A stretch of 64,000 nucleotides of DNA, taken from NCBI GenBank assembly GCA_964019425.1, contig OZ025792.1, positions 496,001 to 560,000 on the forward strand. The letters run 5' to 3'. Source of the DNA: Flectonema sp. DT1601 (taxonomy: Eukaryota). Position numbers and translations under genes: made by a program. Numbering within the stretch: position 1 is the first letter of the stretch; each line of letters begins with the position of its first letter. Below the pieces are notes generated by a model, which did not search any database, was not told where the DNA came from, and was given only the letters and a program-made list of their open reading frames with translations. Of this stretch, positions 57,528 through 64,000 are shown in pieces.

Positions 57528-59828
57528 CTAACTTGGCATCAAATCTTCCAATATAATGTCCCCAGCATTCTTAGACTCTGAATGAACAGGTGATTTTTGA
57601 GCCGGCGCTTGCCGAAGCCGTCGATCCCGGGTATGAGATTCTCGATTTGGTTGCGTACGAGAATTAAATGATGCTGTAGAAGAAAACGATGCAGACGCGG
57701 AGAGTAAAAATGCACCTACCCTACTCTCGCCGCGTGCTCTGCCTAAGAACTCACTGCCTGTACTACTAAGGTCACTTAAGACAGTGCTAGCGGAACTATT
57801 TCTGAACAGACTCCCCCTGACTTTATCAGCAGTCTCAACATGCTTACTAATAAAACTTGGAAATGAACTCATTTGGTGTATCGTAGACTCAGGAAGTGTT
57901 CCTCTCCTGTCCAAGGTTTGTAAGCCTTGCTTACATTGATTTACTACGGGAAGCAGTTCCGGGAACTTCTTAACCGTCATCTTGAAATCCTTTTTGTTAT
58001 TAAAGTGTGCGTTGTTTTTAATACTATTGTTTTTCGTACTGTATTTCCAGTTTGTTTGTTTTTTTTCCCAACTAGGAGATTGGGTAAAACATACCTGTCG
58101 AGTCAACACGAAGACTGTTGTGTATGAAGTAGTAATAAGTGATGTCAGTCTTTTTACCGGGGTGAGCAGTGCAACTTCTCCGTAGTTATCTCCAGGACCC
58201 AAGATTTGTACTGTCTCTTCAGCTTCGTTTACAACCTTAATTTCACCAGACCATACAAATAGCATTTCTGTTCCCATACTCCCAGCAGCAACGATCCGAA
58301 GATTCGGAAGAAATACTTTCGGGTGCATAACCGCAACGAGTTCTTCTATCAAGACAGGACATTGAATTTGTTTGAACATGGGCATTTTAGCCAATATGCC
58401 CTTCGATACTTCGTAGTTGACCTTGTCGAGCAGCATGGGAGGCAAGTCTGATAGTTTACCATCGACGTTTACTGAAGAAGCTACTTTGTATACATGTATG
58501 TAATAACCTTTAATTTCATTATATAGATTTTGAGGTATCCGTAACTTGTTGCAAACAGAAGTTACGTCATCGAGTTTGGTTCGTAATCTGTCTCCCTTGT
58601 TGTTCGCAGCTGCATAATTTACGAAGGATGATACCGTTGCTAAGAAATATGTGTATAAGTACAACCCTGCTAATGCTACACCCTGCATAAAAAGTACTTG
58701 TAAGTCTGTGTGTGGGAGCTTAGAGTGAACTCCATACCCTATTAAGTGTTTAATGCTCCATTCAATTCCTTTGAAATACATTTGAACTGTAGTAAACTCA
58801 TCAAATAAGTCAGCGTCATCAACAACAACAACAAAGGCTCCATGTGATTCAGAATTGTGGCGTTCACTCCGTAAAATACAAACCCACAAGCAGCTACAAA
58901 TATGAATTATGGTCGCACCTGAACACGCCTGAAACAAGATCAACATTCCATAAGGAGAACACCTTGACAAGAGCAAAGAAGAATCTTGGCACCTGCCAAA
59001 GTGTTGATAAATTGATGTTGGTAGCAGCTTCACAACTCTCCAATATGTGTTACCTCCAAAAAGAAACCATTGTGGTAAGGACATTGGTAAGGCCGCAAGA
59101 ACATCATAAATGAAAAAGGTGTGAAAATAATGCATTGCAGTATCGCGTGAATTTGTAATAATTGAGCCTTCTTTCGTGTATGGAATGAAGAAAGATAACG
59201 AGATAACAATTAAGTGGACCATGTCAATGGAAAGCTCGATACCCATCCAGGAATTAGATGCTCCAGAATCCACAAAGATTCTATATGGAACAATAAATAT
59301 ATTTATTAGTTGAAGAATACAAATGATCACAGAACGCATTGCGGAGATATCCTCAGGTACCAGCACCATATGTTTTGATTCTGAAATAGGAGCCATCCAT
59401 GTTGGATTTATATCCAGATTGATAGTATTTACCACGGGGTCTAACATAAATTTTTTTGTTCGTTCTTCTTGACTTCCAAGTGAAGCTGTGCTTGGAGAGT
59501 TTACAACGTGAACAACCCCACTGTTGAATGACCTGAAGCTACTTTTAACTGATTCAGGGTAAGCTGAGAAGCTAGCAATCTTAGTTGAAAGTGTTTCTAT
59601 CGATTCAAGTTCGTCTTGCTCGCTGATTGGTGCTACTGACGCAAGGACCTTTCTCCTCAGTGAAGGTTTAAAAAGAGATTGTTTTTTCGACTTTGGAGAC
59701 ATAGTACCACTTGTACCTGTTGAGTCCGAAGATACTAACGAAGAACCACCTAGCGACTGTCCTAAATCATATTCTTCCATGTCAGCCGGGTTTATTCCCA
59801 CCTTGTGTACCGAGTATTTATCTGCCAT
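57528..59828 (-). CDS. Cyclic-nucleotide-binding-domain cation channel (KCNH/HCN/CNG superfamily); in-frame intron 57990-58094, ~731 aa spliced
   Basis: TM segments, pore IGYG, C-linker LSDLPP.L, CNBD GDNYGEVALL...R. Confidence 0.88.
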   Translation of the reverse strand: MADKYSVHKVGINPADMEEYDLGQSLGGSSLVSSDSTGTSGTMSPKSKKQSLFKPSLRRKVLASVAPISEQDELESIETLSTKIASFSAYPESVKSSFRSFNSGVVHVVNSPSTASLGSQEERTKKFMLDPVVNTINLDINPTWMAPISESKHMVLVPEDISAMRSVIICILQLINIFIVPYRIFVDSGASNSWMGIELSIDMVHLIVISLSFFIPYTKEGSIITNSRDTAMHYFHTFFIYDVLAALPMSLPQWFLFGGNTYWRVVKLLPTSIYQHFGRCQDSSLLLSRCSPYGMLILFQACSGATIIHICSCLWVCILRSERHNSESHGAFVVVVDDADLFDEFTTVQMYFKGIEWSIKHLIGYGVHSKLPHTDLQVLFMQGVALAGLYLYTYFLATVSSFVNYAAANNKGDRLRTKLDDVTSVCNKLRIPQNLYNEIKGYYIHVYKVASSVNVDGKLSDLPPMLLDKVNYEVSKGILAKMPMFKQIQCPVLIEELVAVMHPKVFLPNLRIVAAGSMGTEMLFVWSGEIKVVNEAEETVQILGPGDNYGEVALLTPVKRLTSLITTSYTTVFVLTRQVCFTQSPSWEKKQTNWKYSTKNNSIKNNAHFNNKKDFKMTVKKFPELLPVVNQCKQGLQTLDRRGTLPESTIHQMSSFPSFISKHVETADKVRGSLFRNSSASTVLSDLSSTGSEFLGRARGESRVGAFLLSASASFSSTASFNSRTQPNRESHTRDRRLRQAPAQKSPVHSESKNAGDIILEDLMPS

Positions 59829-60019
59829 ACTCCAAGCTGCACCAACGAGCTCCTAGGTTGTTCGATTCCACCGGAAGTAAGTAACTCGATCCCACACAAA
59901 CCCAATATTACTGTTGATAAAAATGAATAATAAATTAAACAATCAACACTCAAGAGAACAGCCTCTTTGCTCAACACAAATAAGATTTTGAGGTTTGCCT
60001 GCTTTAAGTGCCTTCGTCG

Positions 60020-60437
60020 GAACAGATGCACGCCCCGCGGTTGTAAATAAGCAGACAAGGGTTCCGCTGGAAAGCGTCAATATAATTAGGACCGGTTGCC
60101 ATTTGCAGATGATTTCCAGCCGTTTTCCGACTTCAAAGCAACTGACAATGTTCTATTTCGAATTCAAGAAATGGTCGTGAACCTCATTCTGGTCTTCCGT
60201 AAAGAAACACGACTCCGGGAAGAACCCTCCAACTCGTAGCCCGTCTTGCTGTAGTACGACGATATTTATATGTAGCAGCACCGCGGCTGCGTCGATTGCC
60301 TCGTTCGTCAGCCAAGACCTGTCGGTTCGATATTGCTCGACCCAGGATGAGTCACTACCTGCGCGGACCATCTCTTCGCAGATCTGGTGTCGGAGGTCTC
60401 CATGGGAAGGGATATCCGCATTCGCATACCAGTGGAC
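60020..60437 (-). pseudogene. OTU-like cysteine protease fragment (transposon cargo)
   Basis: HGDLRHQICEEM and SWLTNEAIDAAAVLLHINIVV resemble OTU helices. There is no catalytic-Cys loop, and a stop and frameshift lie downstream. Confidence 0.5.
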
Positions 60438-61019
60438 ATTTTACTTTTTATAGTTTCCCATCTACTTTTTGTTTTCTATTAGTTCTGGTCAGAAACCCCT
60501 GGGCAGCAAGAAGGAAAGCAGTTAAGTACTTCTGGGTGTTTGGCATCACCCCCCATAGTGAGCAAGTACAACAGGTAGCATTGGTAGTCTGTTGATCCTG
60601 AGTGATCCCAGCTACAGTTTTGTTTTTCTTTCTTTTTTTTTAGAAGAAGATCAGGACATCCAAGCACTGCTGGATAGTTGCTGGATGCAGGGCCTGCCTG
60701 TGGCATTATAATAACAGGCTAAGTCATTTGTAGTTCATAGTTTACCTTTGATTTTATAACTTCACATAGGTACTATGAACGATGAGAGATCCAGTGGGAT
60801 CACTCAGGGTCTAGTAGAGACCACCAATGTTGTGCGTTGATAGGCAAGGTGACCAACCTTGACATTCTTTCTTTTCTCTCCTGTTGTGACAAACACAAAA
60901 TACACACACAGCTTACAGTGTGTTCTTTGTGTATGTTTTCTTCAGGTGTGAGTAGTTTTTTTGTTCTTGCTCTTCAGGGAGGGCCTTAGCCAAAAGCTAA
61001 CAGTCCAAATCTCACCTGG

Positions 61020-61250
61020 TAACTCAACTCAGTCTTCACTGTGAGGGCAAACACATTACGCACGGGAAACTGAACACGCTCCATCTCGAAGGGAACTTTT
61101 CCTGGTTCCGGTGTCAGCTTGATCCTAGGGATCAGCACGAACTCCCTTGTCCTGCGGTCCTGGCAATAGAGTACTTTCCGGTGACAGCGGATGACCACCA
61201 GCCTCGACCCGTTGCAGATGCGTGTGAGGCGATCGGCAGGGTGGAGGTGT
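61020..61250 (-). mobile_element. Helitron RepHel PIF1-helicase C-terminal fragment
   Basis: ICNGSRLVV...VLIPRIKLTP....PFEMERVQFPVRNVFALTV matches the Helitron motif LCNGTRL..IPRI.L..LPF...RRQFPV.LAFAMTI; truncated before KSQGQ. Confidence 0.85.
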
Positions 61251-61310
61251 TCACGATTTTTCACGATTTTTCACTTAATTTTTTGCTGCTTTTTGGTAGT
61301 GAAATCCTGT

Positions 61311-61480
61311 GAAAATGTGTGAAAATGTGTGAAAATGTGTGAAAATGTGTGAAAATGTGTGAAAATGTGTGAAAATGTGTGAAAATGTGTGAAAATGTGT
61401 GAAAATGTGTGAAAATGTGTGAAAATGTGTGAAAATGTGTGAAAATGTGTGAAAATGTGTGAAAATGTGTGAAAATGTGT
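61311..61480. repeat. Perfect 10-bp satellite (GAAAATGTGT)x17
   Basis: Counted directly. Confidence 0.98.
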
Positions 61481-61914
61481 GAATTCTAGTGAAAAAAGTG
61501 AGTGATACCCAGATGGTACCGTTGGTGCTGGTGTGCTGTGCGATGTTAAACCTGTTCAGTTTGCCATACATGTCTCTTTGACAACTAAATGGGCATCGCT
61601 TGTGCCCAGTGACCCATCACCCTTCCTGACCATCGCTTGTGGTGAGGTTCCGGACTTTGGACCGGCGCATCGCGTGTGCGGTGGGTTTAATCACTGAGGG
61701 GCTCATTCTCGTTCAGACTGTTCTGTTCTGTGGTGTCTTTCCATTACTCCTCCCATCTCTGCCAGGAGACAGCCTGACAACCCATATTGATATTGCTTGA
61801 GAGACAATGAGAGGTAATTCATTGGGGTAGAAACAAGTGAGTGTAATCATTGGGTTCCAAGCTGATGATAATTTTTTTGGTTAAATAAATAAAAAATCCA
61901 AAGAGCAACTGTTG

Positions 61915-62826
61915 TCATTGCTCAACCTTGGGATTCTTGCGTGCCGGTTCTGCAGCCTTCTTTTTCTTCGCCTCTGCAGCCTTCTTCCTGGCTGCATCCC
62001 TTAAAGTATATAATAGATCCCTTGCTTCCTCCTTCGCCTTCTTGGCAGCCGCCTTCTCCTTTCTTGCCTCCTCTTTTCGCTGAGCAGTTTTTTCTTGTGC
62101 AACTTTCCTGGCAGCAGCATTTTCTGCTGCTTTCGCTGCTTTCGCTTGGGTCAGTGTGGCGGACTGCTGGGGCACCGGGAGGGAGAGGGGGTCACGCAAC
62201 TTTAGCTTTGTGGGGAGCTCCAGCGCAAAGCATTCAACAACAGAGAAAATGAATGCCCCGCGCTGGGACTTGGTTGGGGGGTTAGGTAGGGATGGTGCGT
62301 CCACCGGGATGATGCTGGCATCAGGCTTGGTGAGCATGGGGTCATCGGGGACATCGCTCTTCAGCTTAGAGACCTGAATGTGGTTCACATGGGAGAGGGC
62401 GTGGTTGACCTGCCTATTGACTTCCAGCAGGCGGGCGTGGTGAGGGGAGACTGTGTCACCGCAATAGCAGCAACGAAAAATGCCCTTTCCCCCCAAGGGT
62501 TCCAGCATGTAGAACCATCTACCTGGAAGCTCGGTATCGAGCAATGCAAAAATCTTTTCCCAATAATCGAGGTGACAGTGGCCTGATCTTCTGGCCTGGC
62601 TGTCCTGAACTTTCTGCCGGTTAATCTTTTTGAAATGTTCTGTTGTGTTACCCTCAACAAGAAAACACACTGAAGCAGTTGAACGTGTGTCCTCTAACCA
62701 AGACAACGCCCCTGCCAAGGCACCTGTAAAATCAACCCCCCTCTCAATGAGACACATCTGTGTCTCATTGTCCGGTTTGCGTGTCACCTCTACTTCAGTG
62801 ATACTGACGTCATTCCTCTTCTTCAT
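61915..62826 (-). CDS. Transposon-associated ORF with a CxxC...HxxxH Zn-finger-like motif and K/A-rich tail
   Basis: 303-codon ORF with CCYC...HALSH and a basic helical C-terminus, directly downstream of the hAT transposase remnant. Confidence 0.45.
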   Translation of the reverse strand: MKKRNDVSITEVEVTRKPDNETQMCLIERGVDFTGALAGALSWLEDTRSTASVCFLVEGNTTEHFKKINRQKVQDSQARRSGHCHLDYWEKIFALLDTELPGRWFYMLEPLGGKGIFRCCYCGDTVSPHHARLLEVNRQVNHALSHVNHIQVSKLKSDVPDDPMLTKPDASIIPVDAPSLPNPPTKSQRGAFIFSVVECFALELPTKLKLRDPLSLPVPQQSATLTQAKAAKAAENAAARKVAQEKTAQRKEEARKEKAAAKKAKEEARDLLYTLRDAARKKAAEAKKKKAAEPARKNPKVEQ

Positions 62827-64000
62827 GCTGGTTTATGTTTAGTAGTGATAATAAAATAGCTGCTTGTTCAGATTCATCATTACTATGTAAAAAAGAGAAA
62901 CACATACCTCCAGGTCCTTCACCTGAATCCCCTTCTTTCGAATTGTTGTAAGGAAGCTGCGGTACTGTAGAAAATTCTCCTCTATACTCATGAGGGACTC
63001 ACGTTCGCAAGGCAGGGAACACTTTTCGACAGTACTGTTTGTTTTCATCATAGTATAAACGAAACAACCATCAGGGGTGGACTCCTCAGACAATGTGAAT
63101 GCTGGTTCTGTAAGCCAGATATCGCGAACAACCCGACCATGATCATTCAGCAAATATGAGATGTCAATTGTGGCTGCCTCTGACATGTCACGTGCAACCT
63201 CTGCCCAAAACTGGAGAAGTTGTCGCGGAGTGCGATGCTCCCGGGAGAATGAGATGAGACGTCTGAGCACACCATTCACAATACTATATTGTGCACACAT
63301 GAACTCCATGATGTTGCCCATTTCCTCGTTACTGAGAGACATCAGGTAAGCGTATGCCCGCCTGCGACGATGAGAGTACTTGATGAGGCGCTTGTTGCGC
63401 TGCAAGAATGTGAGAACCCACCTGAGGAATGGAATACCTCGAAGCGGGCATGATAACACATAGCATGCAAATGCTAAGGTTCCGAAGCGCCCATTCGTAA
63501 CCTTCTCTTTAAATGGGCACGCCCTAAAGATGCGGTGCTTCTTGCGAAGCCAGTAAGCAAACGACCGATTCCCACGTATGAAGAAGCACAGCGTTACTAT
63601 TGAACGGAGGAAGTCACTGAGGCCAAAGTACTTCGCAATCCAGGAGGCAATGCAATGAACTCGGTGTGTAGGCTCCGGGATGAGCAGATATTGCCATCTT
63701 GGTCAAATAATTTAAACCCCCTGTATTCTGATCCACCCCGATCACTGAGCGCAGAGGTAATCAGTGCAAGTTGACAGAGGTGGTGGTGCCGGATCAGTGA
63801 TTAAGATTCCGAGCTGCTGGAAGTGGTGCAGCGCACGTCGTAGTGTGTCACAGAATGATTGAGCTTGGTGGCTCTGTGTCAGTCTGTATGCAAGACTATA
63901 GCATGCAGTCGTAGCTGTAGCAGCAGTGATGTGTAGCGCTGACGAGTTTTCTGTCACAGATGTTGCGTCACTTACTAGGCAGAAGGTACTCTCCCGGTTG
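62810..64000 (-). mobile_element. Degenerate hAT-superfamily DDE transposase (continues past the window end)
   Basis: One frame reads FCLVSDATS..SALHITA (first D), SHQAQSF..L, STCTD (second D), IPEPTHRVH (CxxH position), GRFGT, TNSTVEK (E). Three in-frame stops lie at ~63700-63744. Confidence 0.7.

Noticed and set aside
61311..61480. Telomeric repeat
   Set aside because: Internal, flanked by unique sequence, and lacks G-runs.
61275..61571. 98-aa HTFSHIFTHF ORF
   Set aside because: Translation of the 10-bp satellite.
63690..63750. Stop-codon reassignment or selenocysteine to explain the in-frame TGA/TAA
   Set aside because: Host genes terminate at TAA, TAG and TGA and long ORFs have no internal stops; the stops are confined to a transposon remnant.

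Overview
AT-rich eukaryotic (protist) DNA. All of the ~24 credible host genes lie head-to-tail on the minus strand over ~60 kb. Most are intronless; some carry short GT-AG cis-introns, and many have a pyrimidine tract plus AG just upstream of the ATG. This layout suggests a euglenozoan with polycistronic transcription, SL trans-splicing and cis-splicing, probably a diplonemid (inference). Genes, in order of position: ENT-domain protein, START-TM protein, PARP-fold coiled-coil protein, C2-ankyrin protein, AMACR (PTS1), histidine acid phosphatase, USP, RNF212-like RING, a HAD-GH65-T6PP fusion, MOK kinase, ubiquitin-like protein, ZNF598/Hel2, PDZ-SHOCT-EF-hand protein, TTC12, GH3 xylosidase, PDCD5, a ~2,600-aa Cys-rich surface protein with 687-bp higher-order repeats, a DHHC palmitoyltransferase and a CNBD cation channel. 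The last 4 kb are transposon debris: OTU and Helitron-PIF1 fragments, a 10-bp satellite and a decayed hAT transposase. The most striking unexplained pattern is in the introns. Coding-region introns lack a 3' polypyrimidine tract and instead have U/G-rich 5' halves and A/C-rich 3' halves whose ends base-pair, whereas acceptors near start codons keep a classical pyrimidine tract. All calls were made by eye, without database searches.
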